A stretch of 64,000 nt of DNA from Minisyncoccota bacterium. GTDB taxonomy: Bacteria > Patescibacteriota > Minisyncoccia > JAHIHE01 > JAGLIN01. The stretch spans positions 1,134 through 65,133 of the forward strand of contig JBAZUT010000008.1 in assembly GCA_041661265.1 (NCBI GenBank). The letters are read 5' to 3'. Positions 35,982 through 46,481 of this stretch are shown one piece after another. The notes beneath the pieces were generated by a model. It had not been told where the DNA came from. It saw only the letters and a list, made by a program, of their open reading frames with translations, and did not search any database. Each line of letters opens with the position of its first letter. The stretch's first letter is position 1. The position numbers were made by a program, and so were the translations under genes.

Positions 35982-37280
35982 ATGAGAATTTCTATCTTTG
36001 GAACAGGTTATGTCGGATTGGTCACGGGTGCATGCCTGGCAGAGCTCGGGAACGATGTTGTCTGTTATGATATAAACGAAAAAAAGATCGGATTGCTGAA
36101 AAGCGGCAAGATCCCCATTCATGAACCGGAGCTCGAAAGTCTTGTAGCGAGAAATATCGGCGAAGGAAGGCTAAGCTTTACGCTGGATCCGAAGGAAGCC
36201 GTACGGAAAAGAGGAGCTATTTTCATCGCGGTCGGAACTCCCCAGAAAAAAAATGGAGGAGCGGATCTTTCTTATGTGGAGAATGCGGCGAGAACTATCG
36301 GCAAGAATCTTTCCGGATATGCCGTTATAGTCACGAAGAGCACTGTTCCTGTCGGCACGGGCCAAGGGATCAGAAAATTTATCAGAGAGCATTATGAAGA
36401 GGATTTTGACATTGTGTCCAATCCGGAATTTTTGAGGCAAGGAAGTGCGGTTTTCGATTTCATGAATCCGGAAAGGATCATTGTCGGAGCGAGTTCTGAC
36501 AGGTCCCAGAAAATAATAAACAGCCTCTATGATTCCTTTACATGCCCCATTTTGAACACGAATCTTGAAACTGCGGAAATGATAAAATATGCGAGTAATG
36601 CATTCCTTGCCACGAAGATATCGTTTGTGAATGAGATAGCAAATATCTGTGAAAGGGTCGGAGCGGACATCGAGGATGTTTCATATGCCATGGGTCTGGA
36701 TTCCCGGATCGGAAATAAATTCCTGAAGGCCGGGATCGGATATGGAGGAAGCTGTTTTCCAAAAGACGTGAAGGCCCTGCATAATATGGCCATGACGAAT
36801 AACTATGATTTCAAGCTTTTGAAATCCGTGATAAAGGTGAATAACGATCAGCGTCTTTTTGTTATGAGAAAAACGGAAAAACTTCTTGGAGATCTGGAAG
36901 GAAGAAGGATCTGTATCTGGGGGCTCACTTTCAAGCCGGATACCGATGATATCAGAGAATCGGCCGGAGTGGATCTTGTAAGGCTTTTTCATAAAAAGAA
37001 GACGATAATAAATGTATATGATCCAAAGGCCGACTATGACGTTGTGAGGGAAGTTTTGGGCGGAAAGATAAATATCGCATTCCATCGGGATAAATATGAA
37101 GCGGCAAGAGGATGCCATGCCCTTATCATCACAACGGAATGGGAGGAGTTCAAGTCTGCCGATCTCGAAAGAATTTCAGGATTGCTTTTTGAAGCGAATA
37201 TAATCGACGGGAGGAATATTTTCAAGGTTGATGACATGAAAAAAAGAGGATTTAATTATATTAGCGTAGGAAGATCGTGA
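35982..37280 (+). CDS. ugd: UDP-glucose 6-dehydrogenase
   Basis: GTGYVGLV, KSTVPVG, NPEFLRQG, GYGGSCFPKD, FKPDTDDIRES. Confidence 0.95.
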   Translation: MRISIFGTGYVGLVTGACLAELGNDVVCYDINEKKIGLLKSGKIPIHEPELESLVARNIGEGRLSFTLDPKEAVRKRGAIFIAVGTPQKKNGGADLSYVENAARTIGKNLSGYAVIVTKSTVPVGTGQGIRKFIREHYEEDFDIVSNPEFLRQGSAVFDFMNPERIIVGASSDRSQKIINSLYDSFTCPILNTNLETAEMIKYASNAFLATKISFVNEIANICERVGADIEDVSYAMGLDSRIGNKFLKAGIGYGGSCFPKDVKALHNMAMTNNYDFKLLKSVIKVNNDQRLFVMRKTEKLLGDLEGRRICIWGLTFKPDTDDIRESAGVDLVRLFHKKKTIINVYDPKADYDVVREVLGGKINIAFHRDKYEAARGCHALIITTEWEEFKSADLERISGLLFEANIIDGRNIFKVDDMKKRGFNYISVGRS

Positions 37281-38011
37281 AAAAAGAGAATTATGACCAA
37301 ATGAACAGATTCGAGCATCAATACTGGTGGCATGTCGGAAGAAGATTTATTTTTACAAGGCTGATAAGAAGATATGCAGCTTGTTTTAAAAATGATCTGT
37401 CGATCGTTGATGTCGGATGCGGAACGGGCGGAAATTTCGAGTTTCTGGAGAATTTCGGCCGCGTCCTTGGCGCCGACAACTCGACGTTTGCCGTTGAATA
37501 TTGCCGAAAAAAGGGCAAAACGGTCAAGCTTGTCAGTAAAGACGTGCTTCCGTTTCCGGACGGATCATGCGATCTCGTAACCGTTTTTGACGTCTTGGAG
37601 CATATCGAAAATGACGGAAGAATGATCGAGGAGTGCCGGCGCATACTCAAAAAGGGCGGAAAGATCGTGGCCGCCGTCCCCGCATATATGTCCATATGGT
37701 CCAGCCATGATGAGATCCTCGGGCATCGCCGAAGGTATTCAAAAAAGGAACTGTTAGGCAAGGTTGAGGAAAGGGGTTTCAGGACAATAAAAATAACACA
37801 CTGCATAACCTTTATGTTTCCGATCATTTTTGTTTTCAGGCTGATCAGCAAGAAATTTTCCAAGAGTAGTCGGACCAATAGCGCATATTTTATGCTTCCC
37901 GGCATTATCAACAGTTTGCTTGCTGCAATATTACGCGTTGAGTCCTGTCTTATTGATAAGATAGAAATGCCATTTGGCTGTTCGGTAGTTATCGTTGCTG
38001 AAAAGATCTGA
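37277..38011 (+). CDS. Class I SAM-dependent methyltransferase
   Basis: DVGCGTG, DVLEH, WS.HD...H.RRY. Confidence 0.9.
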   Translation: MKKENYDQMNRFEHQYWWHVGRRFIFTRLIRRYAACFKNDLSIVDVGCGTGGNFEFLENFGRVLGADNSTFAVEYCRKKGKTVKLVSKDVLPFPDGSCDLVTVFDVLEHIENDGRMIEECRRILKKGGKIVAAVPAYMSIWSSHDEILGHRRRYSKKELLGKVEERGFRTIKITHCITFMFPIIFVFRLISKKFSKSSRTNSAYFMLPGIINSLLAAILRVESCLIDKIEMPFGCSVVIVAEKI

Positions 38012-38084
38012 TCTGTCAAAATAAGATAAAAGGATTCTGTGGTCGCGTCCGGCGTTGTGTTTCTCATAATTTCTTTTTCGTTTT

Positions 38085-39782
38085 ATGATGAATTATACCA
38101 AGGAACGGAAAGCAAGGGCATTGCTGGTCTCGATATTATTTGTCGCGATCTTCGCAAGATTTTTGTTCCTTTATGCCAGAGATGTTCCTGTTATTGCGGA
38201 TGCAGTCCTCTATGCCCAGTCCGGGAAAAACTTTATAGAGACCGGGCGGTATGCAACTTCAGGAGGCGATCTGGTGGATATTGTTTTTCCTCCCGGCTAT
38301 CCGATCGCCGTAGGATTAGCCGATCATTTTTTCAATAATCCCCTCTTTTCCCTCAGATTCGTATCTTTTGTCTTCGGGTCTTTGCTTGTGCATCTGTTCT
38401 ATCTTACCGGAAGGGAAATGAGCGGCGAGAAGGCCGGACTGTTCGCATCTTTTTTTGCCGCTACGAACTCCACTTTGATATTGTTTTCTCAGGAAGTTTA
38501 TTCCGAGTCCATGTTTTTTTTCTTCACTCTGCTTTCTTTTTATCTGTTTCTCAGGCTAAGTAAGGAACCCAAGAACAAAAATGCGGTTTTTTTCGGCTTC
38601 TCCATAGGCATGTCCTATCTTATCCGTCCAGAGGGACTGCTTTTAATGGTCCTGCCCTTTATTTTCTTATTGCGGATAATAAAGAAGTTTCAGTATGAAA
38701 TTTTATTACGCTTTCTTTTGGTCTTATTTGTCACATTTTTCGTGATGTTTCCGTATGTCTATTTTCTTTCGCAAAAGACCGGAAAGCCTGCCATTACCGC
38801 CAAAATGAGCACGAATCTGGCTGCCGGAATAAATTTCGACGGTGCGGATATGTCCCGTTTGAGCAGAGATCATTTTTTGCGGTATGAGGAAAATGAGGCG
38901 AATTATAATGAACAGACGAATGAATTGGATTATCCAAAAGAAGAGTTCAAAAATACCAGCATTCTGACCGTTCTTTTGGATAATAATTTCTCCGGAAGAT
39001 ATATTGCCGGATTCAGATCAGAGGCATATGCCTTGTCAGCCGATCATTGGGCGGGCATTCTCTTGCTGCCGATATTATTGGCTATCATTTATGCGGTCAG
39101 GGATCAGAAAAACAGAAAAAACATCCTTGTGCTTTCCATCCTGTCGGCCGAACTGCTCATAATGTTTCCGATATTCCACATTGAAAGCAGGTATCTCGCG
39201 CAGGTGCTGATATTTCTGATCCTGTTTGCTTCTTTGGGGTATGCCGGATATAAAGGTCCCGGAACCGAGTTGTTGCCAAGGAAATTCACCGTTTTCATAA
39301 AAAATTTGGTGATAGTCCTGATATCGTCAAGTTTTATATTATTTTTATATCTATCGTTCGTTACCAATGAGTTCGGGGGTTTCTGCAATTATGCTTTTTG
39401 CATCAATACCAATGTCCGTGACAGGTCATTTCCTCCCACTGAAAACAGCCTGGCATATGAATATAAAATTGCGGGAGAATATATTAAAAATAATTCAGAT
39501 AGCGGCGAGGGCGGCGGTCTTATCATGTCCAGACGGCCCGTCGAAGTTTCTTTTTACGCGGGTATGGACAGTTTGGGAATAACATTTCCCGATACCAGTG
39601 CGGAAAATGTGATAAAATTCGCTAAAGCCAACAATGTTAAATATATCATAGTGGACAAAAGATATCTTGGCGTAAGGAAAAACTATAAAGATTTGGCCAG
39701 TCTGCAAGATTTTTCGAACGACGTTTATCTTGTTTTTGAAGACAGCTCGGTATCTGACATTAAATTGTTCCAAGTCAAGTGA
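38085..39782 (+). CDS. ArnT/GT39-like membrane glycosyltransferase
   Basis: D...Y, PPGYP, SES, YLIRPEG, ESRY; many TMs. Confidence 0.8.
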   Translation: MMNYTKERKARALLVSILFVAIFARFLFLYARDVPVIADAVLYAQSGKNFIETGRYATSGGDLVDIVFPPGYPIAVGLADHFFNNPLFSLRFVSFVFGSLLVHLFYLTGREMSGEKAGLFASFFAATNSTLILFSQEVYSESMFFFFTLLSFYLFLRLSKEPKNKNAVFFGFSIGMSYLIRPEGLLLMVLPFIFLLRIIKKFQYEILLRFLLVLFVTFFVMFPYVYFLSQKTGKPAITAKMSTNLAAGINFDGADMSRLSRDHFLRYEENEANYNEQTNELDYPKEEFKNTSILTVLLDNNFSGRYIAGFRSEAYALSADHWAGILLLPILLAIIYAVRDQKNRKNILVLSILSAELLIMFPIFHIESRYLAQVLIFLILFASLGYAGYKGPGTELLPRKFTVFIKNLVIVLISSSFILFLYLSFVTNEFGGFCNYAFCINTNVRDRSFPPTENSLAYEYKIAGEYIKNNSDSGEGGGLIMSRRPVEVSFYAGMDSLGITFPDTSAENVIKFAKANNVKYIIVDKRYLGVRKNYKDLASLQDFSNDVYLVFEDSSVSDIKLFQVK

Positions 39783-39840
39783 CGCAGGGCCTGCGTTGTG
39801 CTTGTGAGCTCGTTATCCGGGATGTTTTGTTTATTTAAGA

Positions 39841-40235
39841 TCCGACAGATGCTGAAAAATATCAATAAAATCTGCAGAGGGAGCATTCCAGTGCTCCTGA
39901 TCCTGGCAATAGCTCTTTTTGCGAGGCTGGTTTTGTTCTTTCATGACGTAACCATAGATAATGACGGGATCGCATATGGACTTGCCGGAAAGAATCTGGT
40001 CGAAAGCGGAAAATATGAAGTTTACGGCGATCCATTGCTGATATATCCTCCCGTGTATCCCATAGCCATAGGGATAGTCGATCATTTTTCCGGTAACCTG
40101 CTTTTTTCCGGAAGGTTTGTTTCGCTGCTATTCGGGATGCTGCTGGTCTATGCATTTTATGCGTTTGGCAAGAAGCTTTATGGAAAGGAGGCGGGACTCT
40201 TTGCGTCTTTTTTCGCTGCAACGAATTATTCGCTG
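39841..40235 (+). repeat. 395 bp apparently identical direct repeat; second copy at 41559-41953
   Basis: Same DNA from TCCGACAGATG to GAATTATTCGCTG in both genes. Confidence 0.9.
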
Positions 40236-41504
40236 GTCGCATATTCGTCAGTGACCAGATCGGAAATGATATATTTATTCATCCTGGCACTTATTTTGTA
40301 TGTATATATTCTGCTGATCGAAAAATGCGAAGATGCCAAGGCGGCAGTTCTGGGATCGTTGATGGCAGCATTATATCTTACGAGGCCGGAAGGACTACTG
40401 ATGTGGATCTTGCCGATATTATTGTTTTATAAGCTTCTGAAAAAGACAAATATCTATGCGGCCCTGCGTTCTCTGGCTATTATTTTCTTATCGTTTATGA
40501 TAATTTCCGCCCCTTATATTTATTTTTTATATGAAAATACGGGAAGGGTGGAATTGACCGAGAAGACGAATTCCAATGTAATCCCGGCAGTGATCTTCGG
40601 AGGCAGTGCGATCGAGGATTTGAGCGGAGAGAAATGGCTGAAATATGAAAAAAGCAGAGATTATTATGACGAAGATACTAATACGATCATCGATTATAAG
40701 GAGTATTCCAATGGCGATGCGGTAAGTTATGTTTTAAAAAAACCGGACATTATTTTGAATAATTATGTACGGGGTATAAAGTCGGAAATCTCAATTTTAT
40801 TCATTGAACACGGGATCAGTCTCATACTCTTGCCGCTGCTGTTGTCTTTTTTGTTTCTGTTTAAAAAAACCAAGGAGAGGGAGAGTGTTGCTGTGTTGTT
40901 GTTAGTCGCAATCCTGTATCTGATGATAATACCGGTCTTCCATATTGAAAGCAGGTATATGCTGCAGGTACTTGTTTTTTTGATACTTATTTCTTCGCTG
41001 GGATATTCTTTCCGCACTGAGCGCGGAATTAAGGTCCTGGGTATAGAATTCAATGGCGGGGATTTTTTCCGTATTTTCAGAACGATAACATTGTTTCTTG
41101 TCATGATCCAATTTGCGTTTTCAATTGTTAATATTTATAAACAAGATGACGGCAAATTCTATCCATGGGAGTATAGGCTGGCCGGAGAATTCATTGGAAA
41201 ATATGATACTAAGGAAAACGGAGTTTTGATAATGTCCAGAAATAGTTACATAATCTCATACTATGCAAATGCCGGAAATAGCGGCATCAGAATGCCTTAT
41301 GCCGATGTCCCAAGTATCATCAGGTTTGCCAGGGAAAACAAAGCAAATTACATTGTAATTGATGAAAGGTTCCTTTCGGTGAGAGAGAATTACGACGAAC
41401 TTTGGAAATTAGATCGATTTTCAAATGATGCCGAACTTATTTTTGAAGACAGTTCCGTAATGCCGATCCGAATATTCAGATTTCGCGATGCAAATGAAAA
41501 TTAA
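39849..41504 (+). CDS. ArnT/GT39-like membrane glycosyltransferase (paralog 2)
   Basis: DGIAY, YPPVYP, YLTRPEG, HIESRY. Confidence 0.8.
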   Translation: MLKNINKICRGSIPVLLILAIALFARLVLFFHDVTIDNDGIAYGLAGKNLVESGKYEVYGDPLLIYPPVYPIAIGIVDHFSGNLLFSGRFVSLLFGMLLVYAFYAFGKKLYGKEAGLFASFFAATNYSLVAYSSVTRSEMIYLFILALILYVYILLIEKCEDAKAAVLGSLMAALYLTRPEGLLMWILPILLFYKLLKKTNIYAALRSLAIIFLSFMIISAPYIYFLYENTGRVELTEKTNSNVIPAVIFGGSAIEDLSGEKWLKYEKSRDYYDEDTNTIIDYKEYSNGDAVSYVLKKPDIILNNYVRGIKSEISILFIEHGISLILLPLLLSFLFLFKKTKERESVAVLLLVAILYLMIIPVFHIESRYMLQVLVFLILISSLGYSFRTERGIKVLGIEFNGGDFFRIFRTITLFLVMIQFAFSIVNIYKQDDGKFYPWEYRLAGEFIGKYDTKENGVLIMSRNSYIISYYANAGNSGIRMPYADVPSIIRFARENKANYIVIDERFLSVRENYDELWKLDRFSNDAELIFEDSSVMPIRIFRFRDANEN

Positions 41505-41566
41505 TTGTGATCGGAAGCGCTGCTTTTTGGGTAAATAACGATCCTTAATATATTTTTGTCCGACAG

Positions 41567-43210
41567 ATGCTGAAAAATATCAATAAAATCTGCAGAGGGA
41601 GCATTCCAGTGCTCCTGATCCTGGCAATAGCTCTTTTTGCGAGGCTGGTTTTGTTCTTTCATGACGTAACCATAGATAATGACGGGATCGCATATGGACT
41701 TGCCGGAAAGAATCTGGTCGAAAGCGGAAAATATGAAGTTTACGGCGATCCATTGCTGATATATCCTCCCGTGTATCCCATAGCCATAGGGATAGTCGAT
41801 CATTTTTCCGGTAACCTGCTTTTTTCCGGAAGGTTTGTTTCGCTGCTATTCGGGATGCTGCTGGTCTATGCATTTTATGCGTTTGGCAAGAAGCTTTATG
41901 GAAAGGAGGCGGGACTCTTTGCGTCTTTTTTCGCTGCAACGAATTATTCGCTGATTATATATTCTCAAGAAACACAGGCCGAGTCCATGTATTTGTTCTT
42001 TATACTGCTGACTTTCTACTTCTATCTGAAAATCACTGAGAAATACAAAAATAATTTTGCAATAGCCATGGGGTCGTCGACGGCTATTGCCTATCTGATC
42101 AGGCCGGAAGCGTTGCTTTTTTTAATTTTATCTTTGGTGTTTTTTATACAAAGAATGAGAGGCTTTGAACCCAAGAAAGCCGTTCTCGGATTTTTCCTTA
42201 TGCTCTTTTCTTTTCTTGCGGTTTCAACTCCCTATATTTATTTTCTTTATAAATATACCGGGAAAATATCCCTGACTGAAAAAGCAAGTTCAAATATTAT
42301 TCACGGAGTGATTTTCGATGGCATAGACAAGGAAAGATTGGGCGACGAAGAAGCTCGTTATTATGAAAGAAGCATAGCCTATTATGACGAAAGCACGAAT
42401 ATGATAAAGGATCCGTCGGAATTCAGAGAAATAAGCCTCGATAAGTCAATCTTGAATGATTCTGATAAGTTTATTCTTAAATATATAAGAAGTGTCAAAT
42501 CAGAGATCATGGTTTTGCTGGCTGATCATAGCGTAAATCTGATTCTGCTTCCTCTTCTTGTTACGTATATATATTTTATCAGGTCAAAAAAGGACAAAAA
42601 CAACATCGGAGTCATGTCCCTGATTTCCTTTTTATATTTTCTTATTTTGCCCTTTTTTCACATAGAGAGCAGATATTTGCTTCAAGTGCTGGTGTTTCTG
42701 ATCCTTCTTTCCTCTTTCGGATATGCCATGCGGAAAGACTTCAAGCTAAGTATATTGAGGCTGGAGCTGCCCAGTAAAATATTTTTTAGCTATATGAGGA
42801 TAATGATCCTATTCCTGGTTTCCCTGCAATTTGTTTTCTCTATTGTCTTGTTTTCCCTTTTTTCCAGAACCGAAGACTATCCATGGGAGTATAAGCTGGC
42901 CGGAGAATTTATAAAAAATGATCATCTGCAGGAGAAAGATGTTGTAATAATGTCAAGAAACAGGAGCATCGTTTCATATTATGCCAATACTGAGCATGGG
43001 GGGGTCAATATTCCATATACAGATGCTCTTAATGTCATTAAATTTGCCAAAGCAAACAAAGTAAATTATATTGTAATTGACAAAAGATTTTTGCAAATAA
43101 GAGAGAATTATGACGAACTGGCCGATCTCGACAGATATGCCGTAGGTATTAAATTGGTTTACGAAGATGATTCCGTTTATCCGGTGAGGGTTTTCAAGCT
43201 TTCTTATTAA
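41567..43210 (+). CDS. ArnT/GT39-like membrane glycosyltransferase (paralog 3)
   Basis: Same motifs; first ~129 aa identical to paralog 2. Confidence 0.8.
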   Translation: MLKNINKICRGSIPVLLILAIALFARLVLFFHDVTIDNDGIAYGLAGKNLVESGKYEVYGDPLLIYPPVYPIAIGIVDHFSGNLLFSGRFVSLLFGMLLVYAFYAFGKKLYGKEAGLFASFFAATNYSLIIYSQETQAESMYLFFILLTFYFYLKITEKYKNNFAIAMGSSTAIAYLIRPEALLFLILSLVFFIQRMRGFEPKKAVLGFFLMLFSFLAVSTPYIYFLYKYTGKISLTEKASSNIIHGVIFDGIDKERLGDEEARYYERSIAYYDESTNMIKDPSEFREISLDKSILNDSDKFILKYIRSVKSEIMVLLADHSVNLILLPLLVTYIYFIRSKKDKNNIGVMSLISFLYFLILPFFHIESRYLLQVLVFLILLSSFGYAMRKDFKLSILRLELPSKIFFSYMRIMILFLVSLQFVFSIVLFSLFSRTEDYPWEYKLAGEFIKNDHLQEKDVVIMSRNRSIVSYYANTEHGGVNIPYTDALNVIKFAKANKVNYIVIDKRFLQIRENYDELADLDRYAVGIKLVYEDDSVYPVRVFKLSY

Positions 43211-43228
43211 GTGGTATAAATTAAAATA

Positions 43229-44179
43229 ATGAACGATATTGAGAAGGAAATATCCATAGTGATTCCCGCATATAATGAAGAGGAAAACATACCCTGTTTG
43301 ATCGGAGAAATATCACGTGTCATGAAGAGAATCACGAATAATTACGAAGTCATAGTGGTTGATGATGGGAGTTCGGACAGGACAACCGATGCCATCGAGA
43401 AACTGTTCAGGGGGGATCCCGAGCATGTCTCGGGAATACAATTCAGGTCCAATTTCGGCAAAGCTGAGGCCTTGAAAGCGGGATTTACCGCGGCACGGGG
43501 AGAAATAATAATTACGATGGATGCGGACCTTCAGGATGATCCGGCGGAAATACCGAATTTTATCGCGAAGATCAAAGGGGGTTATGATCTTGTTTCGGGA
43601 TGGAAGCAGAACAGAAAGGACACGTTTATAAAGAACAACAGTTCAAAATTTTTCAATTACATCACTTCTAAGTTCTCGAGGGTGAAGTTGCATGACTTCA
43701 ACTGCGGCTTTAAGGCATACAGAAAAGAAGTGGCCAAGGGGTTGGACCTTTATGGCCAGATGCATAGATATATTCCGGTCATGGCCAGGAATCAGGGTTA
43801 TGTCATCGGAGAGATCCCGGTTCATCACAGAAAGAGAAAATTCGGAAGATCGAAATATGGTCCGATCAGATTCATAAACGGCTACCTGGACCTTCTGACG
43901 GTTATGATGCTCACGAAATATTTCAAAAGGCCGGCACATTTCTTTGGCGGAATAGGATCTCTGGCTCTTGCAGCCGGAATTGCAATAGGTTTGTATATCA
44001 CCTATCTAAGGCTTGCCTATGGGAGCATACAATCGAGGCTTCCCCTTTTTATCGCGGGAATTCTGCTTATTATGGTAGGTTTTCAGTTCATTTCGCTCGG
44101 ATTGATCGGTGAAATGTTCGTGAAAAATTATGGAAGAGAGGATGATTCCTCCAAGATAAAAAAAATTATTAAAAAATGA
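43229..44179 (+). CDS. GT2 polyprenyl-phosphate glycosyltransferase (ArnC/DPM1-like)
   Basis: IPAYNEEEN, VDDGSSD, NFGKA.AL, MDADLQDDP, two C-terminal TMs. Confidence 0.9.
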   Translation: MNDIEKEISIVIPAYNEEENIPCLIGEISRVMKRITNNYEVIVVDDGSSDRTTDAIEKLFRGDPEHVSGIQFRSNFGKAEALKAGFTAARGEIIITMDADLQDDPAEIPNFIAKIKGGYDLVSGWKQNRKDTFIKNNSSKFFNYITSKFSRVKLHDFNCGFKAYRKEVAKGLDLYGQMHRYIPVMARNQGYVIGEIPVHHRKRKFGRSKYGPIRFINGYLDLLTVMMLTKYFKRPAHFFGGIGSLALAAGIAIGLYITYLRLAYGSIQSRLPLFIAGILLIMVGFQFISLGLIGEMFVKNYGREDDSSKIKKIIKK

Positions 44180-45318
44180 CAATGGAAGTTTGTTTTTTCG
44201 GGACATATGAAAAAGATTATCCCATGAACAGGGTTATCATAAAAGGCTTGAAGAAAAATGGCATTGCCGTGAAGGAATGCCATGTTTCTTTATGGGAGAA
44301 GCATAGAGATAAACATGGAAAATTCCTGACTATTGCATCGCTTGCAAGGTTTGCGATAGATATGCTTTTGGCCTATTTTAAGCTCGGAGCGAGATACTTT
44401 TCGACACACAGAAACTCGGATGCCGTTATTGTCGGATATATCGGCCAATTAGACATTATTTTTCTCAGATTTCTGACAATTTTCACCCGGAAAAAACCGA
44501 AAATAATATTCGTACCGCTTGTTTCGCTTTATGATACGGCGATCGTGGACAGGAATCTCTCGAAAGAAAAAGGATTTTTTGCCAAAGTCCTGTTTTTTAT
44601 CGACAAGCTGTCTTTCAGATCGGCGGACGTGATGATTATGGATACCGATGAGCATGTGAAATACATTTCTAGTCTTTTCAGTCTGGATGAAAATAAGCTG
44701 AAAAGAGTGTGGGTCGGAGCGGACGAGGATGTTTTTTATCCGATAGACGCGAAGGTCAATTCGGATAAATTCACAGCGCTGTTCTTTGGAAAATATATTC
44801 CGCTTCATGGGATTGAATATATCATAAAAGCGGCCAAGATGCTGGAAAATGACGGCGTGCGGATAAGAATGGTTGGAAACGGCCAATTATATGAAAAAAT
44901 GCTTGATTTAAGCAAAAAGTTGGGCGTAGTAAACGTTGATTTTGTCAAATGGATAGAGTATAATGAGTTATTGAATGAGATTGCGAAAGCGGACGTCGTT
45001 TTAGGTGTCTTCGGAGGTTCCAAAAAGGCTTCCAGGGTTATTCCGAACAAGGTTTTTCAGGCAATTGCATGCAGGAAGGCGGTAATTACGGGTGAGACGC
45101 CAGCTATAAGGGAGTTTTTTAAGGATAGGGAGGACATATTATTTTGTTTGAATAAAGATCCCAGATCGTTGGCGGAAAGCATATTGCTTCTTAGAAATAG
45201 CCCGGAATTGAAAAAAACTATCGAAGAGAATGCTTATTTGCTTTTTAAGGCAAATGCCGATTTGGAAAAAATAGGAATAGGTGTAAAAGAGACAATAATG
45301 TCCGTTTTGAATAAATAA
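44176..45318 (+). CDS. GT4 glycosyltransferase
   Basis: FFGKYIPLHG, IPNKVFQA.A. Confidence 0.85.
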   Translation: MTMEVCFFGTYEKDYPMNRVIIKGLKKNGIAVKECHVSLWEKHRDKHGKFLTIASLARFAIDMLLAYFKLGARYFSTHRNSDAVIVGYIGQLDIIFLRFLTIFTRKKPKIIFVPLVSLYDTAIVDRNLSKEKGFFAKVLFFIDKLSFRSADVMIMDTDEHVKYISSLFSLDENKLKRVWVGADEDVFYPIDAKVNSDKFTALFFGKYIPLHGIEYIIKAAKMLENDGVRIRMVGNGQLYEKMLDLSKKLGVVNVDFVKWIEYNELLNEIAKADVVLGVFGGSKKASRVIPNKVFQAIACRKAVITGETPAIREFFKDREDILFCLNKDPRSLAESILLLRNSPELKKTIEENAYLLFKANADLEKIGIGVKETIMSVLNK

Positions 45319-45333
45319 TATTTTTTCAACAGA

Positions 45334-46449
45334 ATGAAGATAGGAATTAATGTTGATAAACTTTCAAGGACGAATAAACGGGGCGTAAGCGTTTATATTT
45401 ATCAGATCTTGAAGGAATTGTCCGAGATTGATAATAAGAATGATTATATTTTATACTCAAGGCGTGATATCGGCGATAAGCCTTTTTTGAGCAATCCGAG
45501 ATTTTCATTAAGCCTGGTAAAATCAAATTTCGGCCTTCTTTATTGGACTTATTTTAAACTTCCAAAACAGGCTATTGAAGATAAGGTAGATATTTTTTTT
45601 TCACCTGCGCAAAACTATCCGTTTATTTTCATGAAACCGTATGGAATAAAGACCGTAACCAGCGTTCTTGATATTGCCTTCAGGATCTTTCCGAAGCACT
45701 TCAGGGCCGGGGATAAGATTGGTTTGGATATAAATACAAAAATTGCGGTCCGACGATCCGATAAGATAATTGCAATTTCGGAATCGACGAAAAGGGATAT
45801 TATCAAATATTACAAAACGGATGATGGAAAAATAGATGTAGTATATCTTGCGAGCAGAATGGGCGAGAAATGCCCGAAGTTGTGCGAAATTGATGTTCAT
45901 AATGCACTTAACATCAAAAAGTCTTACATCCTTTTTGTGGGAGCGATACAACCCAGGAAAAACATAATAAAACTCGTTGATGCTTTTGAAATCTGCAAGG
46001 ATAGAAATAGCGATATCGGCCTTGTCATTTGCGGAGAGAGAGGGTGGTTGTACCAGGAAATATTGGCGAGAATAAGCCGAAGCAGATATTCCAAAGACAT
46101 ATTTGTAACAGGCGGAGTAAGCGAGAAGGAGCTAAAAAGTATTTATTGCAAGGCATTAATGTTCGCACTCCCCTCTCTTTACGAAGGATTCGGAATTCCG
46201 GTTTTGGAGGCTATGAGTCTTGGGGTTCCGGTTATCGTACCCAATAACTCTTCTTTTCCCGAGCTCGTCGGTGATGCAGGGCTTTATGTGGACGAATATA
46301 ATGCGGAAGATATTGCAGACAAGATCAGCATGATAATGAGTGATCCCGGTCTCGGAACAGAATTAGCCAAAAAAGGAAAACTGAAAGCGAGAGAATTCAG
46401 CTGGAAAATAACCGCAAAAAAACATTTGGAGATATTTGAAAGTATTTAA
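45334..46449 (+). CDS. GT4 glycosyltransferase
   Basis: PRKN, PSLYEGFGIPVLEAM. Confidence 0.92.
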   Translation: MKIGINVDKLSRTNKRGVSVYIYQILKELSEIDNKNDYILYSRRDIGDKPFLSNPRFSLSLVKSNFGLLYWTYFKLPKQAIEDKVDIFFSPAQNYPFIFMKPYGIKTVTSVLDIAFRIFPKHFRAGDKIGLDINTKIAVRRSDKIIAISESTKRDIIKYYKTDDGKIDVVYLASRMGEKCPKLCEIDVHNALNIKKSYILFVGAIQPRKNIIKLVDAFEICKDRNSDIGLVICGERGWLYQEILARISRSRYSKDIFVTGGVSEKELKSIYCKALMFALPSLYEGFGIPVLEAMSLGVPVIVPNNSSFPELVGDAGLYVDEYNAEDIADKISMIMSDPGLGTELAKKGKLKAREFSWKITAKKHLEIFESI

Positions 46450-46481
46450 CGGCAGTTGTTAATAAGTAAAGATCCAAAACC

